DNA of 32,000 nt from Edaphobacter aggregans (GTDB lineage Bacteria; Acidobacteriota; Terriglobia; Terriglobales; Acidobacteriaceae). Below the pieces are notes generated by a model. That model worked only from the letters and a program-made list of their open reading frames with translations. It had not been told where the DNA came from and did no database searches. Numbering within the stretch: position 1 is the first letter of the stretch; every line of letters starts with the position of its first letter. The translations under genes and the position numbers were made by a program. This document shows, piece by piece, positions 1 through 9,101 of the stretch. The stretch lies in the NCBI RefSeq assembly GCF_003945235.1, contig NZ_RSDW01000001.1, forward strand, positions 1,740,001 through 1,772,000. The letters run 5' to 3'.

Positions 1-1125
1 CGCCATCAAATCCCGAGTCCGCGTAAAACGATGCGGTTGAAACAACACCAGCACCCGTCCATACCCGCACTCCCTCGCCGCCTTCAGCGTAGCCACAATC
101 TCCGTCGGATGATGCCCATAATCGTCGACCACCGTCACCCCACGCACTACACCCTTCACCTGAAACCGCCGGTCCACCCCGCGAAAGCTCTCCAGCCCCG
201 CCGCAATCTGCTCCGGCGCAACCCCCAGCTGCACCCCCACCGAAACCGCCGCCGCCGCATTCAGCACATTATGCTTCCCCGGAACATGCAGCCGAAACGG
301 CCCCAACACCAGCCCCTTATAGTTCACCTCAAACCGCGAGTGACACCCTTCTTCCTTCGCCAGCAGCTGCACCTTGAAGTCCGCGTCCCCACTCTCCCCA
401 TACGTATAGACCCTGCGCCGAATCCGCCCCAGCACCGCTCGCAACAGCTCATTATCCACGCAAGCCGTCGTTGCTCCATAAAACGGCACCCGATCCATAA
501 ACTCCACAAACGCACTCTCAACATCCGCCATATCGCGATAGCAATCCATATGCTCGCGATCCAGATTCGTCACCACCCCCAGCACCGGCGACAGCTTCAA
601 AAACGACCGGTCGCTCTCATCGGCCTCCGCCACCAGATACTGTGAGTTCCCCAGCCGCGCATTCGACCCCAGCGCATTCACCCGCCCACCCACAACCACC
701 GTAGGATCCAGCCCCCCACCCGCCAGAACCGCCGCAATCATCGAAGTCGTCGTCGTCTTCCCATGCATCCCGGCCACAGCGATCCCATACTTCAGCCGCA
801 TCAACTCTGCCAGCATCTCCGCCCGCTGAATCACCGGAATCTTCCGCGCCCGCGCCTCCACCACCTCAGGATTGTCCCTGCTCACTGCTGAACTGGTCAC
901 CACCACATCACTCGCCGCCGCATTCGCCGCAACATGGCCCTCAAACACCCGAGCCCCCATCCCTACCAGCCGATCCGTCACCGCGCTTCGCCGCAAATCC
1001 GACCCCGAGACCGAATACCCCATCGTCAGCAGAATCTCCGCGATCCCACTCATCCCAATCCCGCCAATGCCAATAAAGTGAATGCGCTGCGAAGGCGCAA
1101 ACAGAAAGTGTCCAGGAACAAACAT
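1..1125 (-). CDS. murC: UDP-N-acetylmuramate--L-alanine ligase MurC, N-terminal 375 codons (C-terminus runs off the left edge)
   Basis: Absent from the ORF track because its stop is off-window. Manual reverse-strand translation from the ATG at 1125-1123 stays open for 375 codons to position 1: [33 protein letters not shown]...[20 protein letters not shown]...[11 protein letters not shown]...[14 protein letters not shown]...[14 protein letters not shown]. The GIGGxGMS Rossmann motif, Mur-ligase P-loop GKTTT and DDYGHHPTE are MurC hallmarks. It sits at the distal end of the dcw cluster. Confidence 0.92.
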   Translation of the reverse strand, partial: MFVPGHFLFAPSQRIHFIGIGGIGMSGIAEILLTMGYSVSGSDLRRSAVTDRLVGMGARVFEGHVAANAAASDVVVTSSAVSRDNPEVVEARARKIPVIQRAEMLAELMRLKYGIAVAGMHGKTTTTSMIAAVLAGGGLDPTVVVGGRVNALGSNARLGNSQYLVAEADESDRSFLKLSPVLGVVTNLDREHMDCYRDMADVESAFVEFMDRVPFYGATTACVDNELLRAVLGRIRRRVYTYGESGDADFKVQLLAKEEGCHSRFEVNYKGLVLGPFRLHVPGKHNVLNAAAAVSVGVQLGVAPEQIAAGLESFRGVDRRFQVKGVVRGVTVVDDYGHHPTEIVATLKAARECGYGRVLVLFQPHRFTRTRDLMA

Positions 1126-1175
1126 ATCTTTCAAAGATATCAGCGCAAACAGGTGCCATCGCCATCGTCGCTGGG

Positions 1176-1235
1176 GTGTTCTTGTCTTTCCTGTTTTGTC
1201 ATCCCCCGGCAGAGGGTCTACTTTGTTGTTGTCGC
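1176..1235. repeat. REP-like short interspersed element (T-rich lead-in + GTCATCCC-loop-GGGTCT hairpin core + TTTGTTG tail)
   Basis: The sequence ttcttgtctttcctgttttGTCATCCCccggcagaGGGTCTactttgttgttg (core 1198-1221) resembles the two copies at 29510-29531 and 29565-29585 (..cttttcttgtttATCATCCgtaGGGATCTgctttt..). It is intergenic, upstream of murC. Confidence 0.45.
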
Positions 1236-1453
1236 CTGTTCTCGTCCCCATCCAGCCGAAACCTTGCCGTTCCCCAACAAAACAAAGCCGTTCCCCGCCC
1301 CTGAACCACCATTCACTTTCCTGCAACAAATCCACCACACCCGTGTCTAATATACTGAGTGCCTGATCCGCAGAGTGAAGCGGGCAGGAACCTCCGCCAG
1401 CCGTCCGCGAAGCCTGTTTTGGGCAAACGAAGGGCGACCGGCAAAGGGACCAA

Positions 1454-2401
1454 ATGAACCTCTCCCGTCGTCTTAGTACCATCCTCGGAGCAGCAATCAT
1501 CGCGGGTGCACTCTTCATGGCTCCCGCAGCCCACGCCCGCGTCTTTGTCTCAGTTGGAATAGCGCCCCCGGCCATCCCCGTCTACACCCAGCCCATTGCC
1601 CCCGGCGACGGCTATATCTGGACCCCCGGCTACTGGGCCTGGACCGATGATGGCTACCAGTGGGTCGACGGCGCCTGGGTTCTCCCGCCCTACACCGGAG
1701 CACTTTGGACCCCCGGCTACTGGGGATACGGCCCGTCTGGCTACCTTTGGAACGCAGGCTATTGGGGTCCCACCGTCGGCTACTATGGTGGCATTAACTA
1801 TGGCTTCGGCTACTTCGGAACCGGTTTCTACGGTGGCTATTGGGGCGGCGGACATTACTGGTACAACCGCGCCTACAACAACATCGGCTGGAGAGGCGGC
1901 TACATCTACAATCGCCCCTACAACGGCTATAACGGCCGCCCAGGAGGCAGCAGCTGGACCCGCAACACCTACAACGACAATCGCGGATCCTTCGCGACCG
2001 CCAACGTCAACCGCGGCAGCAGTAACTTCGCGGAACGCGGCTCCGGCTTCAACCAGGGCGTCAATCGCTCGGCCTATAACGGCGGCAATGTGCAGCGCAA
2101 CTTCGCCAGCACGAGCCCGAGCAGCAACTTCGGCAGCCAACCTCACGCTGGCTATAACGGCTACAGCGGCAGCGGCTACCACGGCAACGCCATGATGCCC
2201 GGTAACTACCGCCCGAGCACGCCCTCTGGTAGCAATTTCCAGCGAAGCACCACCATGAGTGCTGGCAACTACCACGCGAGCATGCCGTCCGGCAGCAGCT
2301 ACCATGGCGGTAGCATGAATAGCGGCGGTGGCTTCCATGGCAACAGCGGCGGAGGCGGAAGCTCCCACGGCGGTGGAGGCGGCGGCCACGGACACCGCTA
2401 A
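1454..2401 (+). CDS. Secreted YXWGXW-repeat protein with a Gly/Tyr/Asn/Ser/His-rich low-complexity C-terminal half
   Basis: 315-aa ORF with AGGGA 5-6 nt upstream of the ATG. N-terminal signal peptide [28 protein letters not shown]|R. Repeated aromatic motifs: [41 protein letters not shown]. The tail ends ...[25 protein letters not shown]. Third-position C bias matches other plus-strand genes. A strong terminator follows. Confidence 0.85.
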   Translation: MNLSRRLSTILGAAIIAGALFMAPAAHARVFVSVGIAPPAIPVYTQPIAPGDGYIWTPGYWAWTDDGYQWVDGAWVLPPYTGALWTPGYWGYGPSGYLWNAGYWGPTVGYYGGINYGFGYFGTGFYGGYWGGGHYWYNRAYNNIGWRGGYIYNRPYNGYNGRPGGSSWTRNTYNDNRGSFATANVNRGSSNFAERGSGFNQGVNRSAYNGGNVQRNFASTSPSSNFGSQPHAGYNGYSGSGYHGNAMMPGNYRPSTPSGSNFQRSTTMSAGNYHASMPSGSSYHGGSMNSGGGFHGNSGGGGSSHGGGGGGHGHR

Positions 2402-2422
2402 ACTCCAGCGACATTAAAACCC

Positions 2423-2459
2423 AATGGGCTGAGGAACCAACCTCAGCCCATTCTTTTTC
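2423..2459 (+). terminator. Rho-independent terminator of the YXWGXW gene
   Basis: aatgggctgagg (2423-2434) / loop aaccaa / cctcagcccatt (2441-2452): perfect 12-bp stem followed by cttttt. It starts 22 nt after the stop codon. Confidence 0.8.
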
Positions 2460-2577
2460 TCGCCCCTTTAAAACCTGTCAAGCCCATAAATCGAATATCC
2501 AATTTATTATCAGTTAGATACGCATGGCATAATAATTATCTCCAACCTGTTAAACTAGATACAGTCAGCAAAAGAGA

Positions 2578-2601
2578 GCCCCGGCCACCCCGGGGCTTTT
2601 T
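2578..2601. terminator. Second GC-rich hairpin terminator, possibly bidirectional (orphan on + strand; could end murG transcripts on - strand)
   Basis: gccccgg (2578-2584) / loop ccacc / ccggggc (2590-2596), followed by ttttt on the + strand and by ctctcttttg on the - strand. It lies inside an AT-rich ORF-free island. Confidence 0.6.
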
Positions 2602-2808
2602 CATTTGGAGCCAATACTCATGCCATAAACCACTTGAAATGAATACCTTATCAGTAAAGTATCTAGAATCAATACTTTGCAAAGAAATTAATTGCTAAGT
2701 ATATGAAAACAGATACTTAATCAACAAACAGTAGAGGGGGGCTACTACCTCATCAAAACCAAACCCAGGAAAGGAGCAGCCAACCATGCCAACCCATTCA
2801 CGAGCCGA

Positions 2809-3897
2809 TCACCGCTGCTTCGCCAATCCAGCCACCATCGTCCCAATCTCCCGCACCGCATCAGGATGCGCCAACCCCCGCGCCCGTCTACCCATCTCCG
2901 CCCGCCGCGCATCGTCGGCCAACAGCCCTCGTAGCGTCTCGAGCAACCGCGTTTCATCCAACTCGGCTTCGATGATCATCTCCGCTGCCCCGGCCGCCAC
3001 AAACGCCTCCGCATTCTTCCTCTGGTGGTCATCCGCAGCCTGCGGAAACGGCACCAACACCGCCGCCCTCCCCGCCGCTGCCAACTCCGCCACAGAACTG
3101 GCCCCGCTACGACAAAGAATCAGGTCTGCTGCAGCAATCTCGTCCACCATTCCATCGAGATACGGCTGCACTCGCACCCGACCCTCGATTCCCTCACCCA
3201 GAAATCCGGCCCGCTCATACGTCTCCTGCGTCGAAACCCCATGCCGTCCCCCAGCCTGGTGCACAATCTCCAACTTCGGAAATTCCGTCAGCAGACGCCC
3301 CGCAATCTTCGGCATCACCTCGTTGAACACCCGAGCCCCCTGGCTCCCACCGAACACCAGCAACCGCCGAGCCACTCCTATCCTCGGTGCAATCTCAAAG
3401 AACTCCTGCCGAACCGGAATCCCGGTCACCCGAGCCCCACGAAAATACAGCCGCGTCTCCTCGAAGTTCACCGCAGCTGCACTCACCCACTTTCCCACCA
3501 GCCGATTCGCCAGCCCCGGAACTGCATTCGGCTCAAACGCCACCGTAGGCACCCGCAGCAGAATCGCAGCCATCATCGCCGGCCCCGAAGCATACCCCCC
3601 AACTCCCACCACCACATCTGGCTTAAAACTGCGCAGTAGCTCCACACACCGCATCACGCCCAGCGGCAGATCAAACAACGTCCGCAACCGAGTAGCCAGG
3701 CTCACATTCTTCAACTGCCCCACCCGAATCAGCTCCAGCGGAAACCCGGCTTCCGGCACGAGCCGCGTCTCAAGCCCCCGAGCCGTCCCAACAAACCGAA
3801 CCTCGGCCTCATGCGCATTCCTGAGCTCCCGCGCAATCGCCAGCGCCGGAATCACGTGTCCCCCGGTCCCCCCACCCGCAATCAATACCCGCAGCAT
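2809..3897 (-). CDS. murG: UDP-N-acetylglucosamine--N-acetylmuramyl-(pentapeptide) pyrophosphoryl-undecaprenol GlcNAc transferase MurG
   Basis: MLRVLIAGGGTGGHVIPALAIARELR... carries the GGTGGH motif, and the C-terminal half has GASSVAELAAAGRAAVLVPFPQAADDHQRKNA. It lies between ftsW and murC. I chose the ATG at 3897. The ORF-track alternative is GTG at 3930, which would overlap the ftsW stop by 14 nt. Confidence 0.95.
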   Translation of the reverse strand: MLRVLIAGGGTGGHVIPALAIARELRNAHEAEVRFVGTARGLETRLVPEAGFPLELIRVGQLKNVSLATRLRTLFDLPLGVMRCVELLRSFKPDVVVGVGGYASGPAMMAAILLRVPTVAFEPNAVPGLANRLVGKWVSAAAVNFEETRLYFRGARVTGIPVRQEFFEIAPRIGVARRLLVFGGSQGARVFNEVMPKIAGRLLTEFPKLEIVHQAGGRHGVSTQETYERAGFLGEGIEGRVRVQPYLDGMVDEIAAADLILCRSGASSVAELAAAGRAAVLVPFPQAADDHQRKNAEAFVAAGAAEMIIEAELDETRLLETLRGLLADDARRAEMGRRARGLAHPDAVREIGTMVAGLAKQR

Positions 3898-3916
3898 AGC
3901 CGACTCACTCACGACT

Positions 3917-5008
3917 TCAATCGATCTCACGCGTAATGTTCAGCAACACGCCCATTCCAGCCAACGTAATGAAGATCGAAGTCCCGCCCGAAGAGATAAA
4001 CGGCAGCGGAATCCCCTTCGTCGGCAGCAACGCCAGCACAACGCTCATATTGAAGAACGCCTGAATCAAAATCGAAGTCGTCAATCCAAACGCCAGGAAC
4101 CGCGCAAACGGATCGGTCGAAAGAAACGCCGCACGCAGCCCACGATACCCCAGAGCCACAAACAACGCGACAATAATCACCGCACCAATCAGTCCAAGCT
4201 CCTCGCAGATGTTTGCAAAGATGAAGTCCGTCTGCACCTCCGGCAGATAAAACAGCTTCTGCCGCCCTTCCATCAACCCAAGCCCGTGAAGCCCACCGGT
4301 CCCAACAGCAATCAACGACTGTAGAATATGAAACCCGGTCCCCCGCGGATCGGCCTCCGGATTCACAAACGCCAGCATCCGATCCCGCCGGAACTTCACG
4401 TGAAACAGCATGTAATACATCACCGGCGAAGCCAGCGCCGCGCCAATCGCGAAGTATCTCATCCGTGCCCCGGCCAGATAAAGCATCAGCGCCGTCACCG
4501 CCATACACACCATAGCCGTACCCAGATCCGGCTCCTTCAAAATCAGAGCAGAAAATACCAACGGTACAGCAGCAGCCCGCAGAATCGTGCCCTTCACGTC
4601 ATCCATCAAGTGAATCCGAGTCTGCAGAAAGTATGCAAGAAACAACACCAGCACAGGCTTCGCCAACTCCGAAGGCTGCAGCGTCGTCCCGGCCAACCGA
4701 ATCCACCGGTGCGCTCCATTCATCCCGCTCATCGCAAACACGCCAATCAGCAGCAGTGTTGTAACCGCCACAGCCGGAAACACAACTCTGGGGTTGTTAT
4801 AGTGCCGGTAGTCCACCCGCATCAGCACCGTCAGCGCACCCATCCCCAGGAGCGCCCACAGCGCCTGCCTTCCCACATACGAATAGGGCGACCCCAGCGT
4901 CTCCTTCGCCATCACCGCCGACGCAGAAAAAACCATCACCAGCCCAAACAGCACCAGCAGCAGCACCACTCCGAAGAGCCACTTGTCCACCCCTACTCTC
5001 TTCGCCAT
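3917..5008 (-). CDS. ftsW: SEDS-family cell-division protein FtsW (peptidoglycan glycosyltransferase / lipid II-associated)
   Basis: 363 aa, polytopic membrane protein with FtsW/RodA/SpoVE family motifs (...PSELAKP..., ...LPTKGIPLPFISSGGTS...). Its position between murD and murG argues for FtsW rather than RodA. Confidence 0.9.
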   Translation of the reverse strand: MAKRVGVDKWLFGVVLLLVLFGLVMVFSASAVMAKETLGSPYSYVGRQALWALLGMGALTVLMRVDYRHYNNPRVVFPAVAVTTLLLIGVFAMSGMNGAHRWIRLAGTTLQPSELAKPVLVLFLAYFLQTRIHLMDDVKGTILRAAAVPLVFSALILKEPDLGTAMVCMAVTALMLYLAGARMRYFAIGAALASPVMYYMLFHVKFRRDRMLAFVNPEADPRGTGFHILQSLIAVGTGGLHGLGLMEGRQKLFYLPEVQTDFIFANICEELGLIGAVIIVALFVALGYRGLRAAFLSTDPFARFLAFGLTTSILIQAFFNMSVVLALLPTKGIPLPFISSGGTSIFITLAGMGVLLNITREID

Positions 5009-5053
5009 ACCATCACATCCCGCTTCTAGTGCTGATGCTGCCCATTCAACTGC

Positions 5054-6412
5054 CTAGCTCAACTCATTCACAAGCTGCCGGAACACCTGTCCCCGATGCT
5101 CATAATTTTCAAACTGATCAAAGCTCGAGCAGGCCGGCGCCAGCAGCACCACATCGCCAGAGACCGCAGCAGCAGCAGCCTTCGTCACTGCCACCTGCAT
5201 CGTCTCAGCTGACACCATCTTCACGACTCCCGCCAATTGACGCTCAATCTTTTCCGCAGCCGAACCAATCGTATAAACAGCCTTCACCCGCTCCTTCAGC
5301 AACTCAGCCATCAACGAGTAATCCGAATCCTTATCCTTTCCACCCAAAATCAAGTGAATCCCACCCTCAAACGAAGCCACCGCCTTCATCGCCGCATCCA
5401 CATTCGTAGCCTTCGAGTCGTTGTAGAACTCCACTCCCTTCGTACTCTTCACAAACTCCAACCGATGCTCCACCGCCTTGAACGAAGCCACCGAAGCCCT
5501 AATCTTCTCTGCTGGAACTCCCGCCAGCCGCGCCACACACACCGCCGCCAGCACATTCTCCACATTGTGCGCACCCTTCAGCGGAATCTCCGCCACAGGC
5601 ATCACAGGCTCCGCCTTTGCCCCCTCCCGAGCGACAAACAGGATGCTCTCCCCGTGCACAAACGCTCCCTGTTTGATCGGTCTTCTCCCGCTAAACCAGT
5701 AGATCTGAGCCTTCGTCTTCAACGCCACCATCTGCGTTGCTTTGTCTTCCCCATTCAGCACCAGGAAGTCATCCTCTCCCTGGTTCTCCGTAATCCTCGC
5801 CTTTGCCGCCGCATAAGCCTCAAAGCTCCCATGCCGATCCAGATGGTCTGGAGTAATGTTGAGCACCACTGCGATCCACGGATGAAACTCCTCAATCGTC
5901 TCCAACTGGAAGCTCGACACCTCGAGCACACTCGTCGTCTCCGCCGCGCTCTTCGCCACCAGATCGATCACAGGCAGCCCGATATTCCCACCCACCAACG
6001 TAGGCAATCCAGCATCACCTAGAATCTTCCCCACCAGCGTCGTAGTCGTAGTCTTCCCATTCGACCCCGTAATCGCCACCACCCGCCCCTGCAGGTACCG
6101 GCTCGCCAGCTCCAGCTCCCCGATCACCGTCATCCCAAATCCGACAACCTGCTTCACCTCAGGCGTATCCATCGGCACCCCGGGCGACACCACAATCAGG
6201 TCCTGTCGCCGAAACGTCAGCAACCCATGCCCACCCGACTCCACCATGATCCCCGCCTCCAACAGCGCAGGAATCTCCTTCGCCAGAGCCATCGCACTCC
6301 GCGTATCACTTACCGTCACCCGCGCCCCCTGCCCGCGCAGAAACAGCGCTGCCGAGATGCCCGATTTTCCCAGCCCCACTACTAAGACTCGCTTATTCTT
6401 CAAATCCATCAT
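5054..6412 (-). CDS. murD: UDP-N-acetylmuramoylalanine--D-glutamate ligase MurD
   Basis: 452 aa. N-terminal VLVVGLGKSGISAA Rossmann motif, ITGSNGKTTTTTL P-loop, LNITPDHLDRH. dcw position between mraY and ftsW. Confidence 0.95.
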   Translation of the reverse strand: MMDLKNKRVLVVGLGKSGISAALFLRGQGARVTVSDTRSAMALAKEIPALLEAGIMVESGGHGLLTFRRQDLIVVSPGVPMDTPEVKQVVGFGMTVIGELELASRYLQGRVVAITGSNGKTTTTTLVGKILGDAGLPTLVGGNIGLPVIDLVAKSAAETTSVLEVSSFQLETIEEFHPWIAVVLNITPDHLDRHGSFEAYAAAKARITENQGEDDFLVLNGEDKATQMVALKTKAQIYWFSGRRPIKQGAFVHGESILFVAREGAKAEPVMPVAEIPLKGAHNVENVLAAVCVARLAGVPAEKIRASVASFKAVEHRLEFVKSTKGVEFYNDSKATNVDAAMKAVASFEGGIHLILGGKDKDSDYSLMAELLKERVKAVYTIGSAAEKIERQLAGVVKMVSAETMQVAVTKAAAAAVSGDVVLLAPACSSFDQFENYEHRGQVFRQLVNELS

Positions 6413-6424
6413 CCTTCCACACTC

Positions 6425-7561
6425 TCATCGCAGCTTCAAAGTCGTCAAAGCAAACAGTGCAAACACCAGCGCCAAAATCCAGAACCGCGTAATCACCTTC
6501 GACTCCGACCACCCCATCAACTCAAAGTGATGGTGCAGCGGAGCCATCTTGAAGATGCGTTTCCCCTTACGAAGCTTATAGCTCCCTACCTGCAGAATCA
6601 CGCTCAACGCTTCAAGAATAAACACGCCGCCAATAAACGGAAGCAGCAACTCCTGCTTGATCGCCACCGCTACCGTGCCAATCGCCCCACCCAGCGCCAA
6701 ACTCCCGACATCCCCCATAAAAATCTCCGCCGGATGAGCGTTATACCAAAGGAATCCGATGCTCGCCCCCACCATTGCCCCACAGAACACCGTCAATTCA
6801 CTCACCATCGGCATTCGCTGCAGCTCAAGATAGTCGCTAAACACCACATGCCCGCTCACATACGTCAGCACAGTTAACGCACCGGCAGCAATAATCGTGC
6901 AACCAATCGCCAATCCATCCAGGCCGTCCGTCAGATTCACCGCGTTGCTCGCACCTGTAATCACCAGAATCACAAACAACACAAACGGCAGAAACGCCAG
7001 CCAGTGCATATGCGGAACGTGCCCCAACCAATCCCACACTAGATCCGGCCGGTACCGTTTCAGAAACGGAAACATCAATCTCGTCGAATACCCACGATGC
7101 AGGTCCATCACCACCAGCGCAACCGCCACCCCACCACTTGCCAGAAACTGCAAACCCAGCTTAGCTTTGGCCGTCAACCCCAGGTTCCTGCGATGCACCA
7201 CCTTAATGTAGTCATCCGCAAACCCAATCGCCCCAAACGCCAACGTCGACAGCATCACCAGCCACACAAACGGATTCGACAGATCCGACCACAACAACGT
7301 AGGCACCAGGATCGAAATACAGATCAGCACGCCACCCATCGTCGGCGTCCCACTCTTCTTCTGGTGCGACTGCGGCCCCTCCTCGCGGATATACTGCCCA
7401 ATCTGAAACTCGCGGAGCCGATCAATCACATATGGCCCGATCAGCAAACCGATCAGCAGCGCCGTCAGACTCGCAAACACAGTGCGAAACGTCAGATAGC
7501 GAAAGATGCGAAAGAGACGAAAGTAAGGAAACAACTTCTGATACAGCAGCCAATAGAGCAA
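6425..7561 (-). CDS. mraY: Phospho-N-acetylmuramoyl-pentapeptide transferase MraY
   Basis: 378 aa. MLYWLL...YLTFRTVFASLTALLIG...GPQSHQKKSGTPTMGG...NAVNLTDGLDGLA...PLHHHFE. It aligns from residue 1 with the enterobacterial MraY as I recall it. The start is TTG at 7561, preceded by GGAGA. Confidence 0.95.
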   Translation of the reverse strand: MLYWLLYQKLFPYFRLFRIFRYLTFRTVFASLTALLIGLLIGPYVIDRLREFQIGQYIREEGPQSHQKKSGTPTMGGVLICISILVPTLLWSDLSNPFVWLVMLSTLAFGAIGFADDYIKVVHRRNLGLTAKAKLGLQFLASGGVAVALVVMDLHRGYSTRLMFPFLKRYRPDLVWDWLGHVPHMHWLAFLPFVLFVILVITGASNAVNLTDGLDGLAIGCTIIAAGALTVLTYVSGHVVFSDYLELQRMPMVSELTVFCGAMVGASIGFLWYNAHPAEIFMGDVGSLALGGAIGTVAVAIKQELLLPFIGGVFILEALSVILQVGSYKLRKGKRIFKMAPLHHHFELMGWSESKVITRFWILALVFALFALTTLKLR

Positions 7562-7721
7562 AACGTCTCCGCCTTTAGTTCACGTCGATATCCGGATCGA
7601 TCACAGCCCTCACAAAAACAGCCGCAATCTCTCGTTATCTTAACAGCCGCTGCCCTCGCGCCCGGCAATCAATTTCCTCAGCGAATCAAGACACATTCGC
7701 GAATCCAGCTTGAATGCACTG

Positions 7722-9101
7722 CTAAGCAGTCAGTCCAGCCAGCGCCCGCTCCAGCTTCACCCCTCGCGAAGCCTTCAGCAGAACCGCATCCCCCGCCCGC
7801 ACATTCTCCCTGAGCCACACACCAGCCGCATCCGCATCCGCCACAAACACAGCGTACACGCCATCCTCCCGAGCAGCCCGCGCCAGTTCCTCAGCCACCC
7901 CGCGAACCCCCACCACTACCGTCACTCCACGCTCGGCCATCCGCCTCCCACACGCCGCATGAAGCGCAGCCGCCTCCGCCCCCAACTCCAGCATCTCGCC
8001 TGCGATCACCACATGCCGCTCAGCCGGCATCGCCATCAGAGCATCCACCATCGCATCCAGAGCCCTCGGATTCGAATTGTAGGAATCATTAATCAGAGTC
8101 GCCCCGCGCCACTCCAGCACCTCACCTCGCTTGTCGGCAGCGCGCATCTCACCCACGGCCGCCGCACACTCTTCCAACTCCATCCCACTCCGCAACCCTA
8201 CTGCAATTGCCGCCAAAGCATTCGAAACGTTATGCCGACCCAGCATCTTCAACTGCACGCTTGCCCGCCCGCCCTTCGCCTCCACGGTAAACACCACACC
8301 CTCCGCACCCATCTCAGCCACGTGAACAGCCCGTACATCAGCCCCCTCACCCAATCCATAGAAGACCGCGCGATCCCCCATCCCACGTCCAAACTCCTTC
8401 ACATACGCATCATCAAAATTTAAGACCGCCACGCCATCCTCAGGCAATGCCTCCACCAACTCATACTTAGCCCTCGCAATCCCCGCCAGCCCATCGGGGA
8501 AAAACTCCATATGTACCGGCGCAACATTCGACACCACACCCCAATCCGGCTCAGCAATCTCCGCGAGCGCAGCAATTTCCCCTGCGTGGTTCATCCCCAT
8601 CTCAATCACCGCGGCCTCATGGTCTCTCTCCAGCTTCAACAACTGCAGCGGCAAACCAAACCCATTGTTCAGATTCCCCAACGACTTCAGCACCTTGAAG
8701 CGCGCGCCCAACACCTGCGCCACCGCTTCCTTCGTCGTTGTCTTCCCCGCCGAACCGGTCACTCCAATTACCCGCCCGCCCCACTCTCGCCGAACCGCAT
8801 GAGCCAACTGTTGCAGCGCCTGCAGCACACAATCCTCACAAGCCGGAACTCGCAGCAGCTTCGTCTCATCCACCTCAGCCGGCACCACCCAGCCCATGCT
8901 CACAACCCCGGCCACCGCGCCATCAGCCAACGCCGTCGCCACATAGTCATGTCCATCCAGCCGTTCTCCCTTCACCGCAAAGAACAGCTCCCCAGCCCCA
9001 ATCGTCCGCGAATCGATCCCATACCCCAGCGCCTCCGCCGAAGTATCAAAATCCCCCTCCGCATGAATCCAATCCGCAATCTGCCCTAACGTCAATTTCA
9101 C
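7722..9101 (-). CDS. murF: UDP-N-acetylmuramoyl-tripeptide--D-alanyl-D-alanine ligase MurF
   Basis: 459 aa. VTGSAGKTTTKE P-loop, EMGMNHAGEI, NDSYNSNP. The GTG start at 9101 overlaps the murE TGA stop (GTGA junction). Confidence 0.93.
   Translation of the reverse strand: MKLTLGQIADWIHAEGDFDTSAEALGYGIDSRTIGAGELFFAVKGERLDGHDYVATALADGAVAGVVSMGWVVPAEVDETKLLRVPACEDCVLQALQQLAHAVRREWGGRVIGVTGSAGKTTTKEAVAQVLGARFKVLKSLGNLNNGFGLPLQLLKLERDHEAAVIEMGMNHAGEIAALAEIAEPDWGVVSNVAPVHMEFFPDGLAGIARAKYELVEALPEDGVAVLNFDDAYVKEFGRGMGDRAVFYGLGEGADVRAVHVAEMGAEGVVFTVEAKGGRASVQLKMLGRHNVSNALAAIAVGLRSGMELEECAAAVGEMRAADKRGEVLEWRGATLINDSYNSNPRALDAMVDALMAMPAERHVVIAGEMLELGAEAAALHAACGRRMAERGVTVVVGVRGVAEELARAAREDGVYAVFVADADAAGVWLRENVRAGDAVLLKASRGVKLERALAGLTA

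Noticed and set aside
31-645. 204-aa plus-strand ORF at the left edge
   Set aside because: It is antisense to the manually verified murC reading frame, with a His/Pro/Arg/Gln-rich composition and no motifs.
1550-2395. 281-aa minus-strand and 199-aa plus-strand ORFs overlapping the YXWGXW gene
   Set aside because: These are Ala/Val/Gly-rich or Ala/Thr/Pro-rich shadows of a Gly/Tyr/Asn-rich coding frame. Only the 1454-2401 frame has a signal peptide, an SD and a terminator.
2520-2562. dif-like (XerC/D) site: gcataataattatc ... tgttaaac in the AT-rich island
   Set aside because: The half-site-like pieces (GCATAA and TGTTAAA) are 15 nt apart instead of about 9. The XerD arm TTATGTTAAAT is not intact. 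A dif site would also not be expected next to the dcw cluster.
2639-2698. 19-codon ORF (MNTLSVKYLESILCKEINC) in the AT-rich island
   Set aside because: It has no Shine-Dalgarno and is AT-rich, so it could arise by chance. There is no supporting signal, and it cannot be supported from sequence alone.
2786-4324. 512-aa plus-strand ORF antisense to murG/ftsW
   Set aside because: It is a Ser/Arg/Pro/Ala/Thr-rich low-complexity translation with no recognisable motifs. It fully overlaps two well-supported minus-strand genes. The C-rich plus strand is depleted in stop codons, which generates long shadow ORFs.
7562-7721. 160-bp murF-mraY spacer as an internal promoter or terminator
   Set aside because: It contains only short direct repeats (TTGATT x2, GCGGCTGTT x2) and weak 6-bp hairpins. 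There is no convincing -35/-10 pair and no stem plus T-tract. It is mentioned under the dcw finding only.
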